Origin: Paraspadella gotoi
Lineage: Eukaryota; Animalia; Chaetognatha
DNA: 64,000 nt
Assembly (NCBI GenBank): GCA_051294375.1
Contig: CM119263.1
Span: forward strand, 26,972,631 to 27,036,630
Direction of reading: 5' to 3'
The notes under the pieces were generated by a model. That model saw only the letters and a list, made by a program, of their open reading frames with translations, did not search any database and was not told the origin of the DNA. Of this stretch, positions 26,929-40,828 are shown in pieces (the stretch's first letter is position 1; each line of letters begins with the position of its first letter). A program made the position numbers and the translations under genes.

Positions 26929-27805
26929 ACAAGAATTTACGCGCGCCACCTCGCACTAGAAACTATTGAAACTAATTATCTTTTTTATCTCAAAACCCTT
27001 AAGAGATTAACATGTTGTTTTTATTATATTTACTTGTTGTAAAGATGGCTAGAACGTTTGTCTGACAAAGGATCTGTCGCTGAAATATTTTGTTCAAATT
27101 CTAAGCTCGTTAGAGAATATTTGCTTTCAGTCCACCTCGATTTTAAAGGTTTAACTAACGGATCGAAAAGAAAGCGGTGCTCCTGGACTAAACCTCAAAC
27201 TGATTGCCGAAAAGAAATGAGCACGCGTGATATTTTGGGATAACTTTTTTGAAAAAAATAGTTTAAAATTAAGATAAAAAATATCCCGAACGAATAGTAC
27301 AAATGGCGAAAGAAAAAAAAAATTAAGAAAAGGTACGAACCAAAACGTATAAAAGGGAAATAGGAGGGAGGAGAAAGGAAAAAAATTCTAACCGCCTTGT
27401 TCTTAAAAAAAGTGGAAAAAAGTAAAGGAAAAAAGAAGCAAGAACGGTAATTCCGATGTGTTGCGCCGCAGTAACTTTATTTTCACGTGTAATTCCTTTT
27501 ATCACATGATAAGATATGATATGACATGACTAAAAAACTTTGTCCCCGTTTATTTATGACATGCACTGCATCAAAATTTCGTCTTTTATTCCTTATAGTT
27601 TTAAGAATTCCTAAAGGCGGCGCTAGCAGTCCCTTAGATTTGAGGTTTTTTTTGGTCTTAACAAATGAGCAATCAACTATAAGCCAATTATATAAATTTA
27701 ACTTATAGTGAGACAGACCGACAAAAAGAAATACCGACGGACCGACCAATCGACCGAAAAGTGACTAATAGAGTTGCTCCGCGAGTACTCGCAGCGCAAC
27801 TTGAA
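26929..27805 (+). mobile_element. Non-autonomous Helentron/DINE-1-like element (duplicate at about 35944-36833)
   Basis: The 3' end has a (GACC/GACG/GACA)-type tetranucleotide tract at 27711-27757 followed by a terminal stem-loop AGTTGC..GCGAGTACTCGC..GCAACT (27772-27801). The 5' boundary (ttACAAG) is a guess. Confidence 0.5.
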
Positions 27806-28869
27806 ACCGGGGATAAATCGATCGACGGAGGTGAACTCAAATCCCTTTTTTCTTTTTTTGTTTTTTTGTTTCGTCACGCGATTATTCATCCGGATTACAA
27901 ACGCAACCACTCCAACAATACACAACTGTCCTCAATCTGACTCCGACTCTCTAACACTCCCTTCCCTTACCTAACCTATAACAACCCGCTTTCCCCTTTA
28001 CCTTTCCTTCCCTTACTCGATGACGCTTGCTCCATTTAGCGTCGCAGCGGCGAGAGCATCGCCAATTTTTCCCAATCACGCCGCGTTGCTTCATCAAGTA
28101 TAAAATATATATAACCCAATAATTCTTCAATAAAGAAGTAGACGTGAACTATATACTTAAAAAAAAGGGCCTGTCTTTTGTTAAAATATAAAACATTTCA
28201 ATTTCATTCAAAAATTTATTTTTACAGTGTCAGGAGCGACCAAAAACAACCCTGAATCTTTCAGCCAAACATTATTTTACATTGTAAATTTGGTATAAAT
28301 AACTCTGCTAATCTACTTCCAGTTTTATATGAGCATAAATTTTCGCGGGAATTTTCGAGCGATTAATACCCGCGACATGTTGTTGAAAAAAAAAAACAAG
28401 TGTGAAGCACCAGGGAAAATAATCTCAAAAAGGTTAGCTATCCATATGAATAAATTGGTACAAGGTTTGTCTAATTAGTATAAAAATATTGGTTCAAAAC
28501 AGAAAGTGGGCTGAAACGTTATTTTCAAATATTCTCCAGTATTTTTAAATTGTAATGAGACACTTCAGCAGGATTTGTCAAATCTGCATCTCACAAAAAT
28601 AAAATATTTAAAAATTTAATTTACTAATACTGGTATTAGGGTAAGGATAAATACATGAGAAGAAAGTAAAAAAATCAAACTATAATCATTGGTCGGCAAG
28701 AAAAATACGATCAATAAATCCAACCGACCGAAGTAACAAAGCAAAAATACAATCAAAAATGTAAAATGTAGTCCTTTCAGTATCATAAGTCCGAAAGGTG
28801 CTTTAATGGTTCAGATACGGTAGTTTGAAAGTCAAATATTTAAAATTGAAGAGAGTAAACACGTGAGCG

Positions 28870-31016
28870 TCACTTCAAGAAGTCGACGGCAGCTTTGACG
28901 CATTTTTTGTGGAAACGTCGAGGGCGGAGACTTTGATCTCTGTGTCGCCGAAGTCATCGCGTCTGAAGACGTGTTGGGGCGTGAGAGATGGGAGGAGGGG
29001 GTTAAAAGGGGATGGGGGATACACGGGGAAAAAAATGGTCAGTGATTGTTGGTAATGTATCAATTCCTGCAGTTATTCTTGATATTATTTTACTTGATAA
29101 AGTTTTTACACGAATTATTTTTATTTACATGTACATCTAACTTGTTTTATCACGCTTCGTCCAAAATTGTATTGTCTATTCGTCAGTCTTCACCAACATC
29201 TGTCGATTATTTTTGTTTTTTTTTTTAGCTCACCTGAAATCTCTCTCGCTTTTGCGACGCGTCGTATTTGATGTCGCTCATGTCCAAAAACAAAGTTCCG
29301 CACAAATGAACATCGGAATCGGAGACGAACTTTGGATCGTCGTCTTCCGACAGTAAATGTTAATGATATCTGTGCGTTTGTCCCGGTTTTGGCGGAGTGT
29401 AACTGTCACATGGAATAAAACGCATTTGGATACATTTTATTTCATTAAATAATTAATATTTTAGCACTTATTATTGACGTACCGTCTCAAGACAGTGTCG
29501 CCCCGTCCCACCGACTCGTCCCGCGGGACGAATTGTCGAAAATATCGGTGCACCACTTTTGGTTGTCGGACGACGAGTTTCTCGCGCGGATGTTCCCCTC
29601 GCGGAACCTGGAAATAGATAGACGGTCACTCTTTCTCTTTTCCTTTATTTTTTCTTTCTTTCCTTCTTTATTATTCCTTTCCTCCTCTTTTATTTCCCTT
29701 ACCTATTCTCAAACTCCGATGCCGTAAGTGAGTCTCGATCTCTCACAGTCACGACCGTGGATCCAGTCCAAGAGAACGGCGCCTTGTGAGATTGTCAGCG
29801 CGACGTCCTGTGGGATTGATGATCCGCAGCTGCTCGCCGAAGCTGCGGCGGAGCTCCTGCTGCAGCAGCGGGGACTCGGCGAATCCGCCGACGAGAAACA
29901 TGAAGCTGACGCCTAAAAAGGAAAACGAAATCAAAGGTTGAAAGACCGCGACGACGACTACTACTAAAATATATAATGTATAATTTATATGTATATATCA
30001 ATTGACCGAGTGCGTCCGGTGAGATTAAAATGACGAACAAAATAAAAAGAATCTATTTATTTAAATCCGGAAAGCAAAAGGAATGAAATTGGCTAATAAT
30101 ACAATGTGGTCGACGAATTTATTTTCTTTCTTACCCTGTTCAAACCTAATCTTTTTTTTTCTCTCTTCGTCTCTAAACATCGCCAACTTATTGTTCCCAA
30201 CCCTACCCTGAGCAGCTTCGGAGTTGAGGACGTTGGCGATGCATTCCTGATCTTCTCGATCGTCGGTTTGAAGAGACTTCCCATTACGTCGCTCGCGATG
30301 CGCAGAAATCCTGGCGGAAAAAAAAACGACTAAATTGAGCATATTTTGTGTTAATATCTCATAAGGCACTAAATGTCGCTCTATATATAAATAATCGTCT
30401 GAAAACCAAAAAACGCAATTAATCCTGATTAACTTTCAAAGGCAAGGATTGATTCATTACTTAAATATAAGTTATATCGATCAATCCAATTTCCAGGGTA
30501 GTAAACAGTAAGTAAACAACAGCAGCCCGAAACTGACCTTGCGAGACCACTTACGCCCGGGCGCCGTCATCGCTTGATCGCCGTCTCGACTGAGTGACCG
30601 GATGACTCTTTTGTAGTAATCAATGAAGAGAAGGGAGGGAGATGTTTGAGGGGTTTCTGTTGGAGGAGAAAGAGAAATAGACATTTAAACAGTCAGGTAG
30701 AGAAAGACAGAAAGAGCCGGACAGAAAGAAGGGAAGAATAGACAGTTAAATGGGTAGACAGACAAACAGAGAAAAAACAGAAAGGATATACAGACAACGC
30801 TAAAACCGACTGCCCCACAGACACTCACCATCACCCGTCAACCCACCTTGGAGCGGATTGCCGTTCTTTTCTTTGCTTCGAAGGCGCCATCAAATCCACG
30901 AATCCGGCCGACCTCTCGTGTTCGATATTTGCCTCGATGAGTCCGACGCCGAAGATTCTCTCCAGGGAGACGCTCGAAGGCCTCGTCGACGCCACCGACG
31001 TGGGGGCCGCCCGAGC
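28870..31016 (-). pseudogene. HSPA12: Frameshifted second copy of the last seven HSPA12 exons (probably an assembly artefact, not a true pseudogene)
   Basis: Same exons and introns as 37920-40103 but with many 1-nt indels (e.g. last exon GACGCGATGACTTCGG vs GACGCGAATGACCTTCGG); lies in the 9-kb duplicate abutting the N-gap at 31207. Confidence 0.75.
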
Positions 31017-32465
31017 CTGTAGGGCCAAAAGGGGGGTAGACGTGAGTTTTGTCCATCTTGACGGATACTGACTTTCCCACAGAATGTGGACAATTTACCC
31101 GTAAATTATAAAATTGAATCTCCCGTCCAAACACAATATTACTTTGGCGAATCGTCCAAAAATCTAATTGTCACATATGACAATCACCGTCATAGGATCA
31201 TCATCANNNNNNNNNNNNNNNNNNNNNNNNNGAAATTCGAAATACAACGAAACAGAAAGGAAATTAAATAAAGAAATTAAAATCAAACATTTTGAAAGAA
31301 AATAAATTTAACAGCGGTTATTTTTATTTGTTCGATTTTATTTCCATTGTTAGTCGATCCTCCCACACTTGAAACAAAGAATTGCTTGCTGTACCCAGGT
31401 AACTCATTATAACGCTAAGTAATTATAACTATAACTACGATAACGTAACGCTGACAAATTACGAAAACCGTAGATACAGTGGATTATTTAAAAAAAATTC
31501 CTTATAGTCGATTAGTATTACATTAAGAAATTCGTAGTGGGGTTTACAAGTTTTGTTTTTTTTTCACTATTTCTATTCAAAAAAATAATAAAAATGCACT
31601 CGTAAGTCATACTTAATAGAAATTACTAAATTACAAATTCTTACAATCGAATTATTACTGTATTTAAAGTTAAATTAGACGGTATGATTTTTCTTTTAAT
31701 TTTTTTTTATTTAATCGAATCGGTAAATTGGTCGCGTGCTCCATTATTCAAAACGAAAATAAAAACATCTGTTTAGCGGAATTCAAACGGTTTTTTTCTG
31801 CGCAGAATTTTTAAATTGTTTCATGTTTACTCGGTATGTTTATTCGCGAAAAAATATTTTACATTTACGAAGCGACTAAACGAGAAAGCCAATTTGCTTG
31901 GTTGTCTTCGCTTAATTTATAATATATCGTATATTATCATTCTAGGGTTTATTATTAATTAATTAAATCCCAGACTTTTTTTTTATTTCGGCGACGACTG
32001 TATTTCTCCCGAAAAAAAAACAACCTCGGCGTCGAAGAGACGAAAGGAAATTTGAAAAGTTGAATAAAATGGCAAATAAGCTGATCCTCTTTTAATTTTT
32101 TATAAGTGGATTTAATTCGATTCGAGATTTTTTTTAAAATCGATTTTGATTTTTTAGATTTGTTCAAGGTGGCGGTCGCGGCGGTAGCGGCAGTGGTGGC
32201 TGGTGTTTTAAGGGGCGGCCTTCGTAGCGTTGGCGGGGGAGTCGGCGGCGGCGGCGCGGCGGCGGTGGCGGTTGCCGTGGAGGCGCCTCGTCTAAAAAAA
32301 AAACCAAAATGTTTGTCCAGCCATTTTTGGGAATTCTTTGTACTGAAGAGGAGCCGGCCGTTGTTGTTGTTGTTATCAGACGCTTTGGTTCCTGGAAACG
32401 AACGCAATAAACAGAAAAGTAAAAAAGGTAAGGAAAAGAGAAACAGAGAGAGAAAGAGAAAATAC

Positions 32466-32514
<49 letters not shown>

Positions 32515-32646
32515 AAGAGAGAGAGAAGAGAAGAGAGAGAGAGAGAGAGAAAAGCAGCAAAACCAATTAGTTGTTTTCCTCATTGCGTGTCGACGCCAGT
32601 TCCACGATCAGCATTCATTCTACCTCTCTCTCTCTCTCTCTCTCTG

Positions 32647-32684
<38 letters not shown>

Positions 32685-33139
32685 ATTGATTCGTCTATAC
32701 ATTATCTTCTTTCCGGTAAGGCCATCCTTCGGGTTTGGCGTCCTGGTAATTTCTTGGTTGAGGATACGTAATGTCTTTTTTTTTTCTCTTTTTGGAGAAT
32801 AAAACGGATTCCGTCGTCTTCTTTCTTTTTCTTTCTTTTTTTCTCTTTCTTTTTTTTCCTTCTTTCTTTCTCCGGTTCCATCATGAGAAGTGGCATCATG
32901 CTCTTCCCCAAACTTCTCGTCTCCATTCATGAGACGAACACAAAAAAATGTCTTCATAGTTTCTCTTCTCTTCCTCCCGCGGAGCCCACTCCTACTCCTC
33001 TTCCTCTTCCCCTTCTCCAATCTTCTTCTTCCTCCTCTTCCTCCTCAACTTTTTCCCTTCCTCCTTTCCTTTCCTTCTTTTCTCATTTTTCCCTCTTTCA
33101 CTTTCCTCTCTCCTTCAGTGTCTTTCTATTCCCCTCTTT

Positions 33140-33592
33140 TCGTCATAGTCGTCGTCGTCATCGTCGACGTGGCTGTATTCGTCTTGTAGCGATCGTCGTT
33201 ATCGTCATTATCGTCGTCGTCGTCATCATTGTTGTCGCCCTTGTCATTGTTATCATTGTCGTCATCGTTATTGCTTTCGTTTTTTGTCATAGTCGTCATC
33301 ATCATTATTGTCATCGTTCTCATCAATGTTATCATCCTTATCGTCATCATCTTTGTCCCACCATCATCATAGCCGTTGTCACCATCGTTTATGGTCATCA
33401 TTATTGTCCTCATTGCCTACGTCATTGTTATGATCATCGTGATCATTGCCATCATCATCATCGTCGCATCGTTGTCGACTCATCATCATCGTGCTCGTCG
33501 TCATTGCTCTCATCCTCATCTTCATCATTGTCATTATCATCAACGTTATCGTCGTCGTCGTCGTCGTCGTCATCCCTTTTATCGTCGTCGTC
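33140..33592. repeat. Degenerate (TCA/TCG/TTG)n trinucleotide field (duplicate at 24160-24600)
   Basis: A continuous 3-periodic tract that generates spurious poly-I/V, poly-S, poly-H/R and poly-D ORFs. Confidence 0.9.
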
Positions 33593-34056
33593 GATCCTCC
33601 CTCACGCGGGGACGAAACCAAACTCCAACTTTATTCTTTCCGTTTATCGATTCTTTTTTCTCGCGTCGGAATTTGTTCTCTCGCGCCGCGTCGAAGAAAC
33701 GCGAGGCGAGCGCGGGCGCGAAACACGGGCGGGGCGAGGCCAAGAGCGGTTTGGGGGGTAGTGGGCGGCGGGGGCCGCGTCTTTCGGTGGTGGGTGGAGT
33801 GTGGGCGGTTGCGTTCGATGACAACGCGACATTCGACACTCGGGTAATATAATCTGTCCAAAGTCAGGAGGCAAATTAGCTTTTTCATTGAATGAAAGAA
33901 TAATTTTTATATCGATTGAAATAATGTTATAAATATCAATAATTACGTAAATTAATACTTCCTTTTCTAGTTATATTTAAACCAGCAACTCCGGTAATAT
34001 AGTGTAAATCAGATGACGAGATTTCCTGACTGGTCAAACCCAACGCGATTCTGAAG

Positions 34057-34084
34057 ATGGAAGAAAGACAGAAACGACGACGAC

Positions 34085-34115
<31 letters not shown>

Positions 34116-35132
34116 TTGGCACAGGTTACTCGTCTTGGCGGCGAAACCAATGGAAGACTCGAAGAGACGGAGATCGAAAAGCGGAAGGAGGCGACCTTTC
34201 CTCTTGGACATCAAGGTCAATTGAGAGAAAAGAGAGAAAGAAGAGGGAAAAAGGGAAACGGGATAAAAAGACGGAAAAATGGATATAAATAAGATAAAAA
34301 AAAGCGAAATGGGATAGAAAGACGGAAAAATGGATAGAAATAAGATAAAAAAAAGCGAAATGGGAGAGAAAGACCAATCCCACTTTTCTTATCAATCTTT
34401 GGATGTTAAGCCCAATGCTTAGCCAAATAAACCAGTGACACAAGGTAGCTAGAGTGAATGTTAACGTCCGTACTGTTTGCAGCATACTAAATAGGTAAAT
34501 CATATATCCCTGCTTCGTACTATATCGACGTCAGAAATAACCACCATAATAACTAAAATTTACCGAAACTTATCTTCAGGTCATTATAAAGAATTTTCGA
34601 TTTAGGAATTTCAGTATGTTTTTAAAACATGTTTTTAAAACCGGGCTGTATAATCAGCATCAAATAGTCGCGTTCCTTGCAATATGCAAATTCGATCAAG
34701 AAATTTCTAACTTCACAGATTCTTGAGAAATATAAATCTTCCGATGACGATAATGACTATAAAGACGACGACCAAAACGACGACGATATCAATGACGATA
34801 CAACGACAATGAGCGATAAACCAGAGCGCTTTCTCATTGGTCCCTGCCTGGCAACAAACAACAATTATCATGATTCCATCTCCAAGAAAAATTTGCAAGA
34901 GAAAAAGCGGAACCAGAACGACGAAAGTCGACGACGACGACGACGACGACGACAATGTTCTCTCTCCCGACACATGTCGAGTTCCTTTTTCCGACGACGA
35001 CTATCGTTGCAGTATAACGCCAAACCTCGTAACAGATACGCTTCTTTATCTTCGTTACAATTGGGAAAAAAATCTCGGCGCCGTTCCGCGACGTCGGGAA
35101 AATCTCGTGGCGTTTCAACCCCTCAACCCTGA
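34057..35132 (+). CDS. Possible two-exon orphan Arg-rich/acidic protein (190 aa)
   Basis: Exon 34057-34215 (MEERQK-R14-WHRLLVLAAKP..PFLLDIK, donor AAG|GT) joins in phase 0 to 34719-35132 after CTAACTTCACAG (branch point plus AG). No recognisable homology; the Arg runs derive from (CGA)n repeats; frameshifted in the other copy. Confidence 0.25.
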
Positions 35133-35202
35133 GAAAGGCGAAGGCACGCGACCAGAAAGCGCAGATCGCCGTTGGTAATCATGACCCGAGACGAACATAG
35201 AC

Positions 35203-35256
<54 letters not shown>

Positions 35257-37919
35257 GCGTTTTTATTTCCTCTGTTTTGCTTCCTTCTTTTTAGATTTTC
35301 CCCGCGGGAGAATTCTAGTTCGGTACCGAATTCCCGATGGAAGAATCAGAGCTAATCGCTTCGAAGCCAACGGGTGCGGTGGAGGGGGAATGTGGCCGAT
35401 GGGCGTGGCGAAGGTAAGGCGTGGTTCGGAGCCTGAAAAATTACGAGTTAAGGGTTCGAGAATCGCGGCGCAATGAAGTTTAGAACGAAGGAGAGCTAAT
35501 TTGTCTAATTGTCGTTGGGAAAAGATTGGCAATATTTGAATAGCTGATTAGAAGCGTTCGGTAAGTTGAGTTGATTAGCTTATCTAAAACGTAAGGGAGA
35601 GCAAGAAAGAATTAAAATAACAGTAGTTAGTCACTTGAGTGAGTTCAAATTTAAAGACACACCAAAGGTTGCAACAAGACAAAAAAATGCCGGACCTTCC
35701 CCACAAAAAAAAACTCGATTTCGTGGAAAGTCCGGGTTGAAAAAGTAAGTTAGGATGAAAGTAGGGTAAGGCCTTTATCGCCGAAGGCCAGTCGTTGTCG
35801 GGCAACCGGTGGACAGATTGGCGGGCGATTGCAGAGTAATTGAAGGGCGAATGGCGGGCGATCGGCGCTTTGTAATAGATACGTTATTATAATCTTTCCT
35901 TGTACAGTATATGCAGTTCAAGAGCATTAAAAAAAAGTCTCTTACAAGAATTTACGCGGCGCCACCTCGGCTACTAGAAACTAATTGAAACTAATTATCT
36001 TTTTATCTCAAAACCCTTAAGAGATTAACATGTTGTTTTTATTATATATTACTTGTTGTAAAGAATGGCTAGAACGTTTGTCTGACAAAGGATCTGTCGC
36101 TGAAAATTTTGTTCAAATTCTAAGCTCGTTAGAGAATATTTGCTTTCAGTCCACCTCGATTTTAAAGGTTTAAATAACGGATCGAAAAGAAAGCGGTGCT
36201 CCTGGACTAAACCTCAAAGCTGATTGCCGAAAAAGAAATGAGCACGCGTGATATTTTGGGATAACTTTTTTGAAAAAAATAGTTTAAAATTAAGATAAAA
36301 AAATATCCCGAACGTAATAGTACAAATGGCGAAAGAAAAAAAAAATTAAGAAAAGGTACGAACCCAAAAACGTATAAAAGGGGAAATAGGAGGGAGGAGA
36401 AAGGAGAAAAAATTCTAACCGCCTTGTTCTTAAAAAAAGTGGAAAAAAGTAAAGAAAAAAAGAAGCAAGAACGGTAATTCCGATGTGTTGCGCCGCAGTA
36501 ACTTTATTTTCACGTGTAATTCCTTTTGATCACATGATAAGATATGATATGACATGACTAAAAAACTTTTGTCCCCGTTTATTTATGACATGCACTGCAT
36601 CAAAATTTCGTCTTTTATTCCTATAGTTTTAAGAATTCCTAAAGGCGCGCTAGCAGTCCCTTAGATTTGAGGTTTTTTTTGGTCTTAACAAATGAGCAAC
36701 CAACTATAAGCCAATTATATAAATTTTAACATAAGTGAGACAGACCGACAAAAAGAAATACCGACGGACCGACCAATCGACCGAAAAGTGACTAATAGAG
36801 TTGCTCCGCGAGTACTCGCAGCGCAACTTGAAACCGGGGAGTAAATCGATCGACGGAGGTGAACTCAAATCCCTTTTTTCTTTTTTTTGTTTTTTTTGTT
36901 TCGTCACGCGATTATTCATCCGGATTACAAACGCAACCACTCCCAACAATACACAACTGTCCTCAATCTGACTCCGACTCTCCTAACACTACCTTCCCTT
37001 ACCCTAACCATTAACCAACCCGTTTCCCCTTTACCTTTCCTTCCCTTACTCGATGACGCTTGCTCCATTTAGCGTCGCAGCGGCGAGAGCATCGCCAATT
37101 TTTTCCCAATCACGCCGCGTTGCTTCATCAAGTATAAAATATATATAACCCAATAATTCTTCAAATAAGAAGTAGACGTGCAACTATATACTTAAAAAAA
37201 GGCGCCTGTCTTTTGTTAAAATATAAAACATTTCAATTTCATTCAAAAATTTATTTTTACAGTGTCAGGAGCGACCAAAAACAACACTGAATCTATTCAG
37301 CCAACAATTATTTTACATTGTAAATTTTGGTATAAATAACTCTGCTAATCTACTTCCAGTTTTATAATGAGCATAAACTTTTCGCGGGAATTTTCGAGCG
37401 ATTAATACCCGCGACATGTTGTTGAAAAAAAAAACAAGTGTGAAGCACCAGGGAAAATAATCTCAAAAAGGTTAGCTATCCATAGGTGAATAAATTGCGT
37501 ACAAGGTTTGTCTAATTAGTATAAAAATATTTGGTTCAAAAACAGAAAGTGGGCTGAAACGTTATTTTTCAAATATTCTCCAGTATTTTTAAATTGTAAT
37601 GAGACACTTCAGCAGGATTTGTCAAATCTGCATCTCACAAAAATAAAATATTTAAAAATTTAATTTACTAAAATACTGGTATTAGGGTAAGGATAAATAC
37701 ATGAGAAAGAAAGTAAAAAACATCAAACTATAATCATTGGTCGGCAAGAAAAATACGAGTCAATAAATCCAACCGACCGAAGTAACAAAGCAAAAATACA
37801 ATCAAAAATGTAAAATGTAGTCCTTTCAGTATCATAAGTCCGAAAGGTGCTTTAATGGTTCAGATACGGTAGTTTGAAAAGTCAAATATTTAAAATTGAA
37901 GAGAGTAAACACGTGAGCG

Positions 37920-40770
37920 TCACTTCAAGAAGTCGACGGCAGCTTTGACGCATTTTTTGGTGGAAACGTCGAGGGCGGAGACTTTGATCTCTGTGTCGCC
38001 GAAGGTCATTCGCGTCTGAAGACGTGTTGGGGCGTGAGAGATGGAGGAGGGGGTTAAAAGGGGTGGGGATGACACGGGGAAAAATGGTCAGTGATTGTTG
38101 GTAATGTATCAATTCCTGCAGTTATTCTTGATATTATTTCACTTGATAAAGTTTTTACACGAATTATTTTTATTTACATGTACATCTAACTTGTTTTATC
38201 AACGCTTCGTCCAAAATTGTATTGTCTATTCGTCAGTCTTCACCAAACATCTGTCGATCTTTTGTTTTTTTTTTTAGCCTCACCTGAATCTCTCTTCGCT
38301 TTTGCGACGCGTCGTATTTGATGTCGCTCATGTCCAAAAACAAAGTTCCGCACAAATGAACATCGGAATCGGAGACGAACTTTGGATCGTCGTCTTCCGA
38401 ACAGTAAATGTTAATGATGCTGTGCGTTTGTCCCGGTTTTGCCGGAGTGTAACTGTCACCATGGAATAAAACGCATTGGATACATTTTTATTTCATTAAA
38501 TAATTAATATTTTAGCACTTATTATTCGACGTACCGTCTCAAGACAGTGTCGCCCCGTCCCACCGACTCGTCCGCGCGGACGAATTTGTCGAAAATATCG
38601 GTGCACCACTTTTGGTTGTCGCGGACGACGAGTTTCTCGCGCGGATGTTCCCCCTCGCGGAACCTGGAAATAGAAGTAGACGGTCACTCTTTCTTCTTTC
38701 CTTTATTTTTTTCCTTTTCTTTCCTTCTTTATTATTTCCTTTCCTCCTCTTTTATTTCCCTTACCTATTCAAAACTCCGATGCCGTAAGTGAGTCTCGAT
38801 CTCCTCACAGTCACGACCGTAGGATCCAGTCCAAAGAGAACGGCGCCTTTGAGGATTGTCAGCGCGACGTCCTGTGGGATGATGATCCGCAGCTGCTCGC
38901 CGAAGCTGCGGCGGAGCTCCTGCTGCAGCAGCGGAGACTCGGCGAATCCGCCGACGAGAAACATGAAGCTGACGCCTAAAAAGGAAAACGAAATCAAAGG
39001 TTGAAAGACCGCGACGACGACTACTACTAAAATATATAATGTATAATTTATAATGTATAATATCAATTGACCGAGTGCGTCCGGTGAGATTAAAATGACG
39101 AACAAAATAAAAAGAATCTATTTATTTAAATCCGGAAAGCAAAAGGAATGAAATTGGCTAATAGTACAATGTGGTCGACGAATTTATTTTCTTTCTTACC
39201 CTGTTCAAACCTAATCCTTTTTTTTTCTCTCTTCGTCTCTAAACATCGCCAACTTATTGTTCCCAACCCTTACCCTGAGCAGCTTCGGAGTTGAGGACGT
39301 TGGCGATGCATTCCTGGATCTTCTCGATCGTCGGTTTGAAGAGACTTCCCATTACGTCGCTCGCGATGCGCAGAAATCCTGGCGGAAAAAAAAAACGACT
39401 TAAATTGAGCATATTTTGTTGTTAATATCTCATAAGGCCACTAAATGTCGCTCTATATATAAATAATCGTCTGAAAACCAAAAAACGCAATTAATCCTGA
39501 TTAACTTTCAAAGGCAAGGAATTGACTTCATTACTTACAATATAAGTTATATCGATAAATCCAATTTTCCAGGGTAAGTAAACAGTAAGTAAACAACAGC
39601 AGCCCGAAACTGACCTTGCGAAGACCACTTGACGCCCGGGTCGCCGTATCGCTTGATCGCCGTCTCGACTGAGTGACCGCGATGACTCTTTTTGTAGTAA
39701 TCAATGAAGGAGAAGGGAAGGGAGATGTTGAGGGGCGTTTCCTGTTGGAGGAGAAAGAGAAATAGACATTTAACAGTCAAGTAGAGAAAGACAGAAAGAG
39801 CCGGACAGAAAGAAGGGAAGAATAGACAGTTAAATGGGTAGACAGACAAACAGAGAAAAAACAGAAGGATATACAGACAAACCTAAAAACCGACTGCCCC
39901 ACAGACACTCACCCAATCACCCGTCAACCCACCTTGAGCGGATTGGCCGTTCTTTTCTTTGCTTCGAAGGCGGCCATCAAATCCACGAATCCGGCCGACC
40001 TCTTCGTTCGATATTGCTCGATGAAGTCCGCGCCGAAGATTCTCTCCAGGAGACGCTCGAAGGCCTCGTCGACGCCCACCGCACCGTGGGGGCCGCCCGA
40101 TGCCTGTAGGGCCAAAAGGGGGGTAGACGTGAGTTTTGTTTCCACTCTTGACGGATACTGACTTTCCCACAGAATGTGGCACAATTTACCGTAAATTATA
40201 AAATTGAATCTCCCGTCAAAACACAATATTAACTTTGGCGAATCGTCCAAAAATCTAATTGTCACATATGACAATCACCGTCATAGGCATCATCATCAAA
40301 AATATCACTTTTACGTAATTCGGTTCAAATGAAATTGCATGAGTCAAAATACATAAAAATAACTGACGAAGATACAAAACAAAACAAAACAAAACAACAT
40401 CAACAAACAAAAACAAACCGAACCTTGTGAAGTTCCTTCAACGTTTCCTTCTTCAAATCCTCCAACTGATGGACGGTGATGTCGACAGTTCCGCCGCCGC
40501 AGTCAACCACGATGTATTTGGACCCTGGAGTTCGGGAATTTGTGGGGATTTAATTTGAAGGATTTGGCCGACAGGTGCAAGGGCTCCGGTGACAGATACA
40601 GGGACGGATGCAGTTAATTGATGCAGTGAGAAAAGCCAAAGTCAAATTTCAGTGGAAACTTTTTAACTACGTCAAAAGATAGGATTTTAGTTGAACGTGG
40701 AGGTTTTAACTATTGATACTCTAAAGCGAAAATGAGGAAAAAAACAATTCCCTAATCTAGCAAAAATACC

Positions 40771-40828
<58 letters not shown>

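Larger units (their letters stand above)
22313..40298. repeat. About 9-kb direct tandem duplication (22313-31206 / 31232-40298) separated by an N-gap
   Basis: Colinear throughout; differences are almost all single-base indels; the junction is the N run at 31207-31231. Confidence 0.95.

Noticed and set aside
34800-35182. Minus-strand insulin-like reading (signal-like N-terminus, CNEDKEAYLLRGLALYC, RRRKK, later CC)
   Set aside because: Requires mixing indels from both duplicate copies; Cys spacing does not fit B- or A-chain patterns; there is no dibasic site before the putative A chain.
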